A DNA stretch of 64,000 bases, taken from assembly GCF_006345805.1 (NCBI RefSeq), contig NC_043001.1, forward strand, positions 15,066,001 through 15,130,000, read 5' to 3'. The notes under the pieces are model-generated. The model did not search any database. It was not told the origin of the DNA and saw only the letters and a list, made by a program, of their open reading frames with translations. The translations under genes and the position numbers were made by a program. The stretch is from Octopus sinensis (Eukaryota). Each line of letters starts with the position of its first letter. The stretch's first letter is position 1. Below, one piece after another: positions 50,278-64,000 of the stretch.

Positions 50278-53200
50278 CCAAGTTGAAGCCTCACTACTGG
50301 ATGCAGTTTAATCTCTTTCCTAAGACATAATTTTCATTAATTTCATGAAAATAAATTCCTACTAGCTTCCATTCTGTATTTAACTGATACTGTTAGTTTT
50401 TTGTGATAACTGCCAACAACTAACATCATTTGGCATTGCCATATTCATTTACAGATCCTTTTACTTAAGCTCATTCTTTCAAATTTCTTTTTTTATTCTT
50501 ATTTCTCTTGTTTATAGCTCAAAAATGTTGAACTCTTAAAAATGGGTTTTGTTATACAAAACATGAAGTCCAATAAAATAAAATAAATGCCTGAAAATGC
50601 AACACACACACAAAAGTTTATGGGAACTTTCTACAATCAAAATATAAATATATACCAAGAATACTATTTTAAATACATTTCTCAATTTTCTAATTAGTTC
50701 ATAGAAAAGATGAACCATTATTAAGCATGATACTAAGATGGTGAGCTGAAAGAATTGTTAGAGTTGGACAAAGTGCTCAGCAATATTTCTTCCAACTCTA
50801 AGGTGGCGAGCTGGCAGAAACGTTAGCATGCTAGGTGAAATGCTTAGTGGTATTTTGTCTGTCTTTATGTTCTGAGTTCAAATTCTGCTGAGGTCAACTT
50901 TGCCTTTCATCCATTTGGGGTTGATAAATTAAGTACCAGTTGCATACTGGAGGCAATCTAATCAACCGACCCCTCCCCCCAAATTTCAGGCCTTGAGCCT
51001 AGAGTAGAAAAAAATATTTCTTCTAACTTTTTATGTCCTGAGTTCAAATTTCACTGAGACTGACTTTACCTTTCATCTTTTCGGGGTCAGTAAAATAAGC
51101 ACCAATTGAACACTAGGGTCACTCCCCTAAAATTGTTGCCTGTCTGCCAAAATTTGAAACCATTAAGTATGACTACATCTAGATTAACTCTTAGAGTTAA
51201 AACTTGACGAATCCTTTCTACCATAGGGCACAAGGCCTGGAATTTGAGGGGAGGGAACTAGTCAATTACATCGACCCCAGTGAGTCACTGATACTTGATT
51301 TATTGGCTCCAAAAGGATGAAAGGCAAAGTTGACCTCAGCAGAATTTGAACCCAAGCGACAGGTGAGATACCACTAAGCATTTTGTCCAGCGTGCTAACG
51401 ATCGTTAAGACAAATGAAAACAGTAAAAGAAATGGAAAGCTTTCTTAAAAAGCGCATAGGAAAAGAAAAAGAATGAAAGAAATAAAATAACAGCTAGGAT
51501 AAAAAAAATTCAAATAAAATGCAAAAGGTGATAAAAAAAACAGAGAAAGGATCAATATTCAAAGAATGACAAGGTGTAAAAATATATCATTATTGAGTTA
51601 AATTAATTGAGATTGAGTTATTTCTCATAGACTGTCAAGTATTGCTGAAATGATCTTTCTGACAGGAGCTGAGTCATATATTAATGAAAGATTAGAAAAA
51701 GTTTGCCTGCAGTATATCAATGTGATGTTTAACCCCGAACATTTTAGGAATGTGTCAGTTTGTAAGAGATTGATAGTTAGCAACCTAAAATTGAACCTGG
51801 GCAGTCTCAATTGCTGTTAAGTTCACATTAGTGGCATTGCTCTGTTAGTGTGAAGTATTTTTGTATTATGTATGGATAGTATGTGTTTTATATGCCAATG
51901 AAAGTGAGCTTATAGAGTTCATTAGATGAAAGGAAAATATTGGAATGATAATACATCTTCCAACTTAAAAACTGCTATTATTTGGTGGAAAAGAATAAAA
52001 AAAAAGGAAACAAGTGTGTGTGTGTGTGTGTGTACGGGTGTGTGTACATGCAGAAATATTCAACCAAATCTGAGTGGGGAAAAGGGTAGTTAAGTGTACA
52101 CAGTATTCGAAGAACAGAATAAATGAAGATACAAAGAACAGTAAGGTAAGATAGTCCAACTGAAGGCAAAATGGCAGATTCCACTTTAATCTACTAATTA
52201 AGACAAACTGTAAGTAACACAGGTACACTGAAGTGTACGTCCCCCAGCAATTCTTGGTTGAAGTTTTGAAAATAGCTCAGTTTACCTTACAATACCATCA
52301 TCATCATTGTTTAATGTCTGCTTTCCATGCTGGCATGGGTTGGATGGTTTGACTGAGGACTGGCAAGCTGAGAAGCTGCACCAGGCTCCAATCTGATGAA
52401 GCAAGATTTCTACAGCCAACCACTCCAAGAATGTAACGGGTGCTTTTTATGTGCCACTGGCATGGGAGCCAGTCAAATGGCACTGGCGTTGGCCATGCTT
52501 GAGTAGTGCTTTTTATGTGCCACTGACATGGATGCGTGCCAATCAGGTAGCACTGGCATCAATTATGCTTGAATGTTGCTTTTTACGTGCCACTGGCACG
52601 GGTGCCAGTCAGCCAGCACTGGCATTTTCCACCCTCAAATAGTCCTTTTTACGTGCCAGTCAGGGGGCACTGGTATTGGCCAGTATGACAATTCTTACCT
52701 TATACACACAATCAACTTCAAAAGAACATCGTTTACTAATTATAGCAGGGGTTCCCAAACTTCTCCGGGCTGCCACCCCCTTGACACCCAAACCACATTC
52801 CTAGCACCCCCTTCCACCCCAAATAACTATCACAAACTTAGACCCCTTCTGAAGCAAATTCAAAGCAATTGTATTTCACAAATAAAATTTAACCCAATGA
52901 ACCCATTATTTTGTTGTTTTTACATGAATTGCCACACCATTATCACCCCACTTTTCTTCAATTCCCCCTTGGAACTTTCCACTGCTCCCAGGAAAATAAT
53001 CAGTACTACATTCATATATGAAAAAAACAGCATATTACCCAGTTAATATTTAACTGTTTGGAGATAGAATTTACTGTGGCCTTGACATCAAGAATAGCGA
53101 GCCAATAAAAAAACCTCTATATGGTTACTCAGCCTGCAAGAAATACCAGCCCTGTACACCATCTTAAAAGAATAAATAAATTGGATCATGTACTGGGGTC

Positions 53201-54006
53201 GATGTAATCAACTTAATCCTTTTGTCTGTCCTTGTTTGTTCCCTCTATGTTTAGCCCCTTGTGGGCAATAAAGAATAAATATGGGGTACATTATTCCGGA
53301 GAGAAAAAAAGGACAGTACAGTCATGTGTGCCTTTAATAATAGGTTTGTGTAATCAGAACCAACTTGGAGGTTAAACAACAATAATAATATTAAGGAACA
53401 TAGTATCATTTTTATGAGATACAAAAAGAATAATGGTGTTATTTAAATTGTTGTATCTTAGAAGACAAATACATACATACATATGTGTGTGTGTGTGTGT
53501 AATATATACATATATGTGTGTATTATTGAATGACAAGGAATTGGGTAATCAACTTCATTAGTTTACAGCTAGTATACTGCTACAAGAAGCAGTGCACTCA
53601 GAGTTAAGTTTTTGTGCATCTTCTATACCACAAAAAAGCTAATGAAGTTAATTTCTGTTCCCTTGTCACTCAATAATTTATGTTGTGTGTTGGACTCACC
53701 TAATGCTTTATTCTAAAGCATATGTGTATTGAGTTCTAACAAGTATTAGTATCATGATGCCAAAACAAAATTATTATGTACTCCTTACTCTCTCTTTTCC
53801 TTGTTTCAGTCATTTGACTGTGGCCATGCTGGAGCACTGCCTTTAGTTGAATAAATCAACCCCAGGACTTATTCTTTGTAAGTGTAGTACTTATCCTATT
53901 GATCTCTTTTGCTGAACTACTAAGTTATGGGGACATAAACATACCAACATCATTTGTCAAGTGATGGTGGGGGGACAAACACAGACACACAAACATATAC
54001 ACACAC

Positions 54007-54079
<73 letters not shown>

Positions 54080-54667
54080 ACTGGCTTCTTTCAGTTTCTA
54101 TCAACCAAACCAAATCCACTCACAAGGCTTTGGCTGGCCTGAGGCTATAGTAGAAGACACTTGCTCAAGGTGCCACGCAGTGGAACTGAACCTGGAACCA
54201 TATGGTTGGTAAGCAAGCTAATTACAAGTCAGAAAACATGCACTTGCTTCTAACTTTAATCTTTTGTGTATGAATGGCTATGTTCCATGGATTTGAGACA
54301 TGCAGAAGACAGGTGAAGACTGGAGAAGGTGAAGCTAGTATACTCTGATGGCGTGCAACATCAGTGTGCATGTACAACAAAATGCAAATGAGTTGAAAGA
54401 AAAGTTAGGCATAAGATGAATCAGATGTCGCATGGAAGAGAGAAGAAGACTACGATGGTTTGGTCGTGTGTTGCATATGGATGACTTCAGCTGTATAAAG
54501 AAGTGCCAATCATTTAAAGTGGATGGAACCTGGTTTATGAAAAGAAAACAATTCCTCAAAAATCTTGTCTAATTAATCTCACAAATATTTGATAATTTGT
54601 TAGATAATTGGAAACCACATGTAAGACCATTCACAAATGGCTGAAAAAAGTTGCCATAAGTTCACTA

Positions 54668-54989
54668 CATCTTGTTTGTTGTTAACACAATGTTTCGGCT
54701 GATATACCCTCCAGCCTTCTTCAGGTGTCTAAGGGAAATTTCGAACCTGAGTTCTCATTCCTAAGGTATTTTTCAATGTTATTATTTTTGTTATTATTAT
54801 CATTATTGTTATTGTTCAGGTCACTGCTTGGAATCGAACTCAGAATCTTGGGGTTGGTAGCCTGCGCTCTTAACCACTACACCATATGGCCATGAGCATA
54901 TAGTGTAATTGGCAACAAACAAAATGAGGACAAATATCTGTCGAATGTAAATAATGTACATAATTCCTCATCTCTTAAATATAGAACTG
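54668..54989. mobile_element. Second head-to-head dimer of the tRNA-hammerhead element, right arm internally deleted
   Basis: The minus arm has the head and a hammerhead motif at 54684-54729 (GACAC CTGAAGA A GGCTG...CAGCC GAAAC ATT GTGTT). After the central CATATGGCCATG...CATAT the plus arm jumps to the tail and ends ...AGAACTG|TA. Confidence 0.82.
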
Positions 54990-57900
54990 TATTACGTTCA
55001 CGACAATCAGAGAAAGAAATGTCTCTACTGAAGAAATGACATAAACACAATGTATTTATTTCTTTATTGTCCACAGGGGATTAAACATAGAGGGGACAAA
55101 CAAGGACAGACAAAGGGTTTAAGTCGATTATACTGAAAGGATGAAAGGCAAAGTCGACCTCAGTGGAATTTGAACTCAGAGCGTAGCGGCAGACAAAATA
55201 CTGCTAAGCATTTCGCCTGGCATGCTAACGATTCTGCTAGTTCGTTAGTATGGTCATAGGAACAGGCTTGGCTGTGTGGTTAGGTACTTTGTTCTGCAAC
55301 CATATGAGTCCAGATTTAATCTCAATGTAAGGCACTTTGAGCAATTAGCTTCTTATTTCTTTATTGCCCACAAGGGGCTAAACATAGAGGGGACAAACAA
55401 GGGCAGACAAAGAGATTAAGTCAATTACATCGACCATGAAAGGATGAAAGGCAAAGTTGACCTTGGTGGAATTTGAACTCAGAACATAACGGCAGACAAA
55501 ATACCGCTAAGCATTTCGCTTGGCATGCTAATGTTTCTGCCAGCTCGCCGCCTTGAGCAATTAGCTTCTACAATAGACTTGGGTTGAGCAGTGCCATAGG
55601 AGTGAAATTTGGCAGAAGGAAACTGCACAGCAGCTTGTGGCACATATGTAAATGAGTGTAGATTTGTTTGTGTGTTCTTCAGATAAACACTGCTGGGGCA
55701 GAAGTGACATTTGTCTATGTTCTGCATAAATTGTATGTTCTGCAGTTTGAGGAGTGAAGACCAGTTTATCTCGCTTTGTTGAAAACAAATAACAGTTAGC
55801 ATCATAAAGGGCATCCAGCTGTAAAATACTGCATCAAGAAGTGTCAACCAACTGAGATAAAAGTTAACCATTGGTAGGGTTTGAACTCAGAGCACAGGAG
55901 TCAGAACACATAGCAAAATACATTCTAGTCAAATGTTCTAACAATTCTGCTAATATGCTGTCCTTTACACATCTCTTTAATTAGTCTATAAGAATTGATA
56001 TTGAAACAAACAAAATGCGTTCACAAACTTTTAACAGCCAACATTTTTTTACTGTCTGTTTACCTCTACTCCTACGTAGGACACTCTGAATTCTTATATG
56101 AGCAAAGAAAGTAATGTAAGTGTTGTGTAATAACTTAGAGTTCCTAGATGTGTTAGTCCATAGTATTTTTACGTATGTAGGTATCCAATTTCAAAGTTTG
56201 GTATACAGAAGAATACAGAACAGTTACTATCAAAAAGCTTTTTAAAAAATGCCAATTAAGTCTAAGCTGAAGATTAAAGTTAGAAGCAGGTGCATGTTTT
56301 CTGACAAAGGAAAATAAATGAGAAAGTGCATGGTGTAAGTACAATCCATCAGAACATGATAATAATAATTATCTAGCAGCTATTATAGTAATATGCACTA
56401 AATGAGTTACTTATCTGTTTCTTAACTGATTTAAACGGTAAAATATTAACCGTTTCAAAAGTTTAGCTTTTGGTTTCTGTTTTATGATTTATGAATTAAT
56501 TTAGATTCTAGAAAGAGATATTTTAAATGAATGAGTAAAAAATATTTATTAGAAAGTGCCAGAAGTTTTTGAAGATTGAAAGGTTGAAGAGCAATGCTCT
56601 CAAGCACATTGCTGTTGACAATGCTTAAGATTACAGTTCACTTATAGCAGACAACTGGGAGCATCTATGAGACATTCAGCTCTGTGAATGGAGCAAGGTT
56701 CCAGCCAGTGGGAAGATGACATGATGGTAGAATAGTACAATAGATAGAGCCATCAAAGTTTAAGAGAGACACTCAAAAGAATAGAAGAAAACGAGGAACA
56801 AGCAACAACAGCAAGTAGCTAGATGAGGAACTGTACAATAGATATATTTACCAGTGAGAAATGAAGAGGTCTGCCAATATTTTTCTATTTCCTCATTCCC
56901 TAGCAAAAGATATGTATTGGAAATAACCAATAAAATTACCAAAATTTCGTCCCTGAACTTTTATGGAATAAGAGTTAATCTTCCTCGGGAACATCTACGG
57001 CTGAATGTACCTAATACATCATCTAAAAGGATATTCACAAACGTCTAAAACATTTATTTATTGCAGCTATTCAGAGGAAGCTTTTGTGTAAACAACACTA
57101 AACAAAACAAAAATATTATTCCTGCTAGTTCCAAAGAATCCTTTGTTATTCTAGAAATAACAATTGTTGTTTTCATTAATCGCTTTCACCGATTCGTTCT
57201 TTCCTTAATTTATATTCCTGCTTTTTCCACCTATTCCAATAGTTCTATAAATACATTTCCTACCTTATCCAGTTGAGACATTCCCACCTTTATCCCCTTT
57301 GTCTTATTTCTAGTCTAATTAAGAGCTTCTTACCTTCCAAAAATATATTCCAAAGCCATTTATAACCATTACCTTATCCTATGAGATGATACCTTAAGCA
57401 AAAATAATTTCATATTCTATTTTCTTTTTCAAAGGTTTTAAAATTGATTGAGAGTAAACATAACACCTAGAATGATTAATATAATTATTAGCTTTTATAA
57501 AGTTCAAAGAAAAAATCTTACAATTGGCAAGAACTGTAAATGTTCACAGTTCCTGCTCAAAATTACAGGAACAAGATTACCAACAAAATCAAATTTGGAG
57601 AAATTTTGTCAAAAATCAATTCATTATAGATTGGGAATTACCAGGAGTTAAGAAAATGCTTCTAGGTCATATAATTTCTTGTCATTTTTAAAAGCAAAAT
57701 TAGGAAGTTTGAGATGATACCCGAAGTTTCAAGTCAAAATATAAGCATCTTAGAAGGCAGAATGGAATAGTGGAAGATAAAAACACACACATACCAACAC
57801 TAGGAAAAACAAAACAATTCAGAGCATTATCTATAATAATATCGAAGTAGATGCATGTGTTATGATTTGTTACCTGCTAACTTATTCTAGTGTGGACAAG

Positions 57901-60798
57901 CAAACATTATAACCTCCACTGCCTAATGAAATGTGCAACTTCTGGTCATTATTGCAGTGCGGTTCATCAGATCTTCATTCTGAGTTCAAATACTGCCTAA
58001 GTAAAATTTGTTTTTCATGCCTCCGGGGCCAATAAAATAAAGTACCAATCAAATACTGGGATTGATTTAATTAACTGATATAAATGTTTTTCAATAGACT
58101 ACAGTACACACACACACCATGTGACAACTGGTGTTGGTTTGTCCCTGGTAACTTAGCAGTTTAGCTAAAGACCAACAATAAGTACAGGACTTAAAAGAGA
58201 AAGTACTGGAGTCAGTTTATTCAATTGAAACCCACCAAGGAAATGCTCCAGCATGACTACAGTTTAAATGAATTCAATAGAAAAGTTACAACAACTGGTA
58301 CAAGCAAAAGAGTGAGGCTCTTCATTATCACTTCAACTGTAAGAAACAACAGTCAAATCTCCCACAAATGATACCCTAATGTTTCAAAAAAGGAGAATCA
58401 CATTGGATATAGTTCTATAATATATGCAATATCTTAGAAAAGAATAGGATGGCCATGGCTGGAATGCCATTAATCACAGATCTGCCCAGTTGGGGCTAAA
58501 TTAGATAAATATATTCAAAGTTAATATGATATCTTACATTTGTTTAAATAATATTTAATAATCATTTTCCAAAAATGATTACATTTTGAGATAATATTCT
58601 CTGATTTAATTCATATGAGATAATTATATTATAGGCAAAAAGCTTGGAATTTTAGAAGATGGGGCTAATTGATTACGACCCCAGTAGTTGACTGGTATGT
58701 ATTTTATTAATCTCAAAAGGAGGAAAAACAAATTTGGCCTCAGCAGAATTTAAACCAGGAGAAATGCTGCCAAACATTTTGTCTGACATACTCTGCTTGC
58801 TGGCTGCTCTTTTTCTCTGAGGTGATATTCTCAGATTTAATTCACCTAAATAGAATTATCCTATATGTTGTAGACCAAGATAACACTGGACAGAAGAAGT
58901 AACTTGGAATCTATGCTTTCAAATGAAGATGAAAGTGAAGCTTTTAATAACGACAAGCACACAAGCAAGCATGCAATCAGAGTTTGGGTAGTATATAGAT
59001 TTTGTGTTGAATACATTATACCTAATAACTTCAGCACTATCAAGGATAAACATACTTGTTAATTCTCTGATATTGAGACAGTCCAATATGATCATAAGTT
59101 CTCTAGTTTCGTGATGTTATGGGACTCTAATCCCTTAGGCTCAACAAATTCAGATTGAAGTATATACACATGAGAGAGAAAGGGTTTGTTGCTGTTGTTT
59201 AGTAAGAGCTCAGCCCTTATTGAGTAGACCCATTATCAAAGGCATTAAAGCAATTTTATTTTGTTTTTCAAGATTAGTGGATCCAAACCTCTTTAACTAA
59301 TATACATTTTTAAAAGCAAAGTGATGTGGTTTTGAGGAATATTTAGCTGTTACTGTTAGCAGGCTAGATAACCATGTAAAGGCTCTTTCATTAGCTCAAC
59401 ACTGAAAGTTTTAAATAAAAAGTAACTGATAAGACAACATGTGCATTTGACAACATAAACTTTTTGAAATGTCATCAAAACAAGTTTATTTATTTTTATA
59501 GGTGGAAAAAGTCATTTGTAGAGGGTACGATATACATCCCTTTTCATGGATCATGTTTTCACAAACACATCAATAAGTACAAATCGATTTGTCAATCAAA
59601 CAGCAGCTATGCTATCTGAATAATTATAACTGTGCATACTGTTGTCTCTGTTGATGATGTTATTAGTAAGAAAAAAAAATATGAACAATAATAACCTTGT
59701 ATGTTTAAATGGCTGTGTTGGGTAGATTTGAAAATCTCTTCCCCCATCTCGTCAGAGAAAAGGGGTGATTTATATGAATGAGAAAGTCGCTATCTGAAAG
59801 ATTACACTAGATCTTATCTAAATGGGTAAATTCTGTCAATTATTTGCAACTAATATTACTCTGATATATGTCAGGCTTTCTTACAAACGAACTTATTGCT
59901 TGTTTACATGTAAACGATCCAGAATCTCACACTTAAAATTGTATTCACGTTAATTTTTCAAATATGCCATGTAGAAGAAAACTGTACTTTTTAGCAAGGA
60001 GTTGCTTAATAGTTTAACAAGATGCAAATAGCTTTTGACAGGCATTGTTCTTGATTTTCCTGATAATGTGTTAAGAAAAAGAAAAAAAAGAAAAAGATGC
60101 GTTTGAAAGGCTTGGCTTTAATGAAGTTAACAGCCTTGCCTGTAGCCGGCAGTCAGTTGGGGAAACAAAATACAGAAGATGAAATATATATACCATACAA
60201 AGCTTTCCACAAACAAACTACAATAGTAATCTTTCATTGAAATTACATTACACCGTTAAGTAAAATATCCTTCTGTCATAAATATAACTGCATGAAATAT
60301 TGTTTCGCTCCTTCTCTTAATCCACCATTATGAATAAAACAGACATATACATGTACCGTCAGTTCACTTACTGAGATCATCATGAATTATGTCTGTGATA
60401 CAACATCAAGACAAATATGTATTTGTAGTTTTGCCAGTGACTTCGACCTCACCTTACTTTGCTTCTCTTTTCCAGTTCTCTTGTATATGAGCTTTTTGAT
60501 GGATTCATTGAAGTTATTTGTGGCCATATTGTCTCCCGTTTCCAGATGTAATTTATCTCCACTACATTAAGTCAATAAGTCCTTTTCCATCACCATCATC
60601 ATCATCATCATTTAACATCCACTATTCCATGCCTTAATGGAACAGATGGAACCTGTTGAGGATTTTCTATGGCCAGAGACCCTTTCTGTCACCAACCCTT
60701 ACCTGTTCCCAAGCAAGATGATGGTTGTGCACATTTGTAACCATCATAATGTCAAGACAAGGGTAGACACAAATATGTGTGCGTGTGTCTGTATGTGT

Positions 60799-60835
<37 letters not shown>

Positions 60836-61093
60836 GCTGCAGTTCAATCACTGAAACAAGTAAAAGATAAATCTCAGGTGCAGGAGTGGCTGTGTGGTAA
60901 GAAGCTTGCTTCTCAACCATGTGGTTCTGCGTTCAATCCCACTGCATGGCACCTTGGGCAAGTGTCTTCCATTATAGCCTTGGGCCGACCAAGGCCTTGT
61001 GAGTGGATCTAGTAGACGGAAACTGAAAGAAGTCCATTGTGTATATATATATATGTGAGTGGATCTAGTAGACGGAAACTGAAAGAAGTCCAT

Positions 61094-61128
<35 letters not shown>

Positions 61129-61129
61129 A

Positions 61130-61157
61130 CTAGCAAACACACCCATCCTTTGGATGG
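61130..61157 (-). mobile_element. Helitron-type 3' terminus
   Basis: Hairpin CCATCC-TTT-GGATGG (61143-61157), 9 nt from a CTAG at 61130-61133 that is followed by T on the minus strand. Confidence 0.6.
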
Positions 61158-62473
61158 TTTAAGTTGCTTTGGTGGTATTTTTCTCACCAAATAATTGAAC
61201 TACCGAGAAGGTTTATGAGTCCCACAGCAACCTACATTTCCAATTAACCTAGGAATGGAAAATCATATTGAAGGCTGGTTATTGTGGAGGTTGTTGCACT
61301 TCGATGATTATAGAACGTATAAGTTTGCAAGTGATGCAAAGTAATGCTACTGAGGTGGGCATGGTCTGCAGTGCTGTTGGTGTTGTTGTATTGCTGTTGC
61401 AGGCATTAGATGGTGCTGACATGGACATTGTAAGCTTTCGCAACAACCAGGGTACACTGCCCTGCTTGCAATTGGCTGATAGCTTGCTCTCTCTGCACAA
61501 CTGACAATCAGGTCATACCTGATGTGTCCGATTTTTAGACCCATAATCTCCACGAGATGCACATGCATTTCAGTTTTCATGACAATTGTTTGAGACTGCC
61601 ACCCACAGCATTCCATGCAGCTGAAATTTGGCATCACATTTCAGGGAAAGTTGAAAGGTTACCTGCAATTTGTCTCTTAGCCATAAACCATCATGTTTTG
61701 GAATATTTATACTTACATGCCTGAAATAAATTTTCCGAATTTATTATATAAAAATGACATTTGAAAAAAATCACATTTCTTTTGTGGTTCAGAGTATTTA
61801 AAACATTAAACCAATGTAGCCCTGACAGGAGCCTCTGTATGGTCATTCTTTATTCTTTTACTTGTTTCAGTCAATTGACTGTGGCCATGCTGGAGCACCA
61901 CCTTTTTTAGTCGAGCAAATCGATCCCAGGACTTATTCTTTTAAAGCCTAGTACTTATTCTATCGATCTCTTTTGCTGAACCGCTAAGTTACGGGGACAT
62001 AAACACACCAGCATCGGTTGTCAAGCAATGTTGGGGGGACAAACACAGATACACAAACATATACACACACACATATATATATACATATATACAACAGGCT
62101 TCTTTCAGTTTCCGTCTACCAAATCCACTCACAAGGTTTTGGTCGGCCTGAGGCTATAGTAGAAGACACTTGCCCAAGGTGCCATGCAGTGGGACTGAAC
62201 CTGGAACCATCTGGTTCGTAAGCAAGCTACTTACCACACAGCCACTCCTACACCTAAATAGGTCACTTGACCTATTAAAATCCAACTTTCAGATTTCACC
62301 AATCTTTAAAAAGGAAGCTGCTTATTGGATAATATAGTATTAGATATATTATGTCAAAAGTAATAAAGGATGGCCACAGCTTCGATAACAGATATGCTCC
62401 AACAGAGATGACCTGGGGTTAAACAACAACAACAACAATCTACCTGATAAGGTAAGTCATCTGCAAACTTTAA

Positions 62474-62694
62474 CCTTTGAGCATTCAGAATACTCTGCCA
62501 AATGTAATGCTTATTTATATCACGTTGTTTTGAATTAAACATGTATTATCTCATAGCTTTGAGATGTCGATGATGTAAAAGTTTATTCCTAGAATGACAT
62601 TGTAGGATAGCTGTGATAGGCCAGATCTGGTTGGTTTGAACATAGAACAGGTAGATTATTTGGGTCAGATACGGCTTGTTTAAATGCTAAAGGG
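62474..62694. mobile_element. piggyBac-like MITE family B, intact copy
   Basis: TTAA|CCTTTGAGCATTC...AAATGCTAAAGGG|TTAA. Confidence 0.85.
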
Positions 62695-63067
62695 TTAAGC
62701 CAGTATTTCCAGCAAATTAAACCACACCTGTGCTGGTGGCATGTGTAAAAAGATTCAAGCGAAGTCGTTGCCAGTACCGCCTGACTGGCCCCCATGCCGG
62801 TGGCACATAAAAAGCACCTACTACACTCTCGGAGTGGTTGGCGTTAGGAAGGGCATCCAGCTGTAGAAACTCTGCCAGATCAAGATTGGAGCCTGGTGCA
62901 GCCATCTGGTTCGCCAGCCCTCAGTCAAAATCGTCCAACCCATGCTAGCATGGAAAACGGACGTTAAACGATGATGATGATGATGATGGCAATAGAAAAA
63001 AAATCAGAAAACTGCTGAATTGTCTGTATTCACATATTTTCATGTTTTTTTGGCTTTTTATCAAGGC

Positions 63068-63405
63068 CTCATCCAGTCAGGTTGATTTCCTGGGCCAACC
63101 TGACTATCTGTCTCCGTCCCTCCGGATCTTTCACTAGTGTTTTTAGGTCTTCAACTTGGTATCCAACATCTTCTACAAGCTGTTGTATATAGGTCTTCCG
63201 TGGTCTTTCAGCCATTGTGGTACCATGATTTGGTGTCCACAGTAACACATTACTCATAAGTTCTTCTTTACTTCTTCAGTAGTGGCCGCTCTTGGATGGT
63301 TGATGAGAAAGTTGGTACAATCCCAAATAACCATTGTTTTGTTAGGTTCTCCCTCCAAGAGATATTAAGCACTGCTCGTAACATTCTGATTTTCATGTGA
63401 TCAAT
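63068..63405 (-). mobile_element. RTE-type LINE 3' fragment
   Basis: ...KIRMLRAVLNISWRENLTKQWLFG... then ...LLWTPNHGTTMAERPRKTYIQQLVEDVG...*. Confidence 0.8.
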
Positions 63406-63485
63406 GCAATACCCCAGCATGGCCACAGCCCAGTGACTGAAACAAGTAAAAGAATGTACAAATAAGACATATTTTTCATACTTAC

Positions 63486-63618
63486 TAGTTATAATACCAC
63501 ACATAGCTAAGATGAAATGTTCTTCATCGGTTTTCTCCTGAGGCCAATCTTCTTTGTATGCGGTAAGAAAACTTTCCAGAGTCCCTTGCACAAGCAATAA
63601 AAATTCATTTACTTTATT
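63486..63618 (-). CDS. HSF2BP: HSF2BP/MEILB2 internal coding exon (first in window), phase 0 to 1: NKVNEFLLLVQGTLESFLTAYKEDWPQEKTDEEHFILAMCGIIT(N)
   Basis: Minus strand ...ttttatatttcag|AATAAA...ATAACTA|gtaagt; 133 nt = 44 codons + 1. The peptide aligns by eye with human HSF2BP '...GQTMESFVKSLDGD...SDESQFVFALAGIVTN' (recalled sequence, no search run). Confidence 0.93.
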
Positions 63619-64000
63619 CTGAAATATAAAATTGTAAATAAACAAACAAATTATAAATAAATGACTAAGATTAAAAGACATCATAAGCGCTAATCTAAGC
63701 TAGAAAAAATATACCACCCCCTCCGACGGGATTCAAACCTAGCTTCTATCATATTTCAGGCAACCACATTACTAGTTACACTACAGTATGCTTGTCATCT
63801 CTGTTAAATTAGGCTATATATGTTTTACTACTAGAAACTAATACTTCAACCTCAATAAATATCACATTTATTTCACAGATAATTCGATAGTCTCTTGGAG
63901 GCGGGTCCTGTTTTTTTTTGCATTTTCTTTTTTAGTCTTAAATTAGTGATGATAATGTTTTTTTATCAAATATATATATGTGTGTGTGTGTATGTATGCA

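Noticed and set aside
58879-59060. Plus-strand open stretch TKITLDRRSNLESMLSNEDE...KHTSKHAIRVW, faintly like Crypton/DUF3504 N-termini
   Set aside because: The similarity is too weak to support by eye; it would need a BLASTX or HMMER hit.
63268-63684. 138-aa minus-strand ORF taken as one protein
   Set aside because: It is a chance read-through of intron, the true HSF2BP exon (63486-63618), a SINE fragment (FTCFSHWAVAML) and an RTE fragment.

Overview
AT-rich, repeat-dense animal genomic DNA. The SINE families and (AT)n/(CA)n/(CAT)n/(TAA)n microsatellites point to a coleoid cephalopod, most likely Octopus (inference from repeat content). The only host gene I can support is HSF2BP/MEILB2 on the minus strand. 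Four internal armadillo-domain exons (63486-63618, 37460-37583, 13757-13860, 4647-4744) have canonical AG/GT sites and join in frame across introns of about 26, 24 and 9 kb. The N-terminal and final exons were not found and probably lie outside the window. The introns hold tRNA-derived SINEs, RTE-type LINE fragments, mariner/Tc1 relics, TTAA-flanked piggyBac-like MITEs and non-autonomous Helitrons, often nested. Nearly all ORFs in the supplied track are repeat or microsatellite artefacts. The most interesting signal is a recurring element that combines a tRNA-like Pol III head with a minimal Penelope-type hammerhead-ribozyme motif and occurs as head-to-head palindromic dimers (49.8-50.3 kb, 54.7-55.0 kb; one arm at 42.9-43.2 kb). 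Two further hammerhead-like motifs and two fold-back transposons built from duplicated transposase 3' ends are also present.
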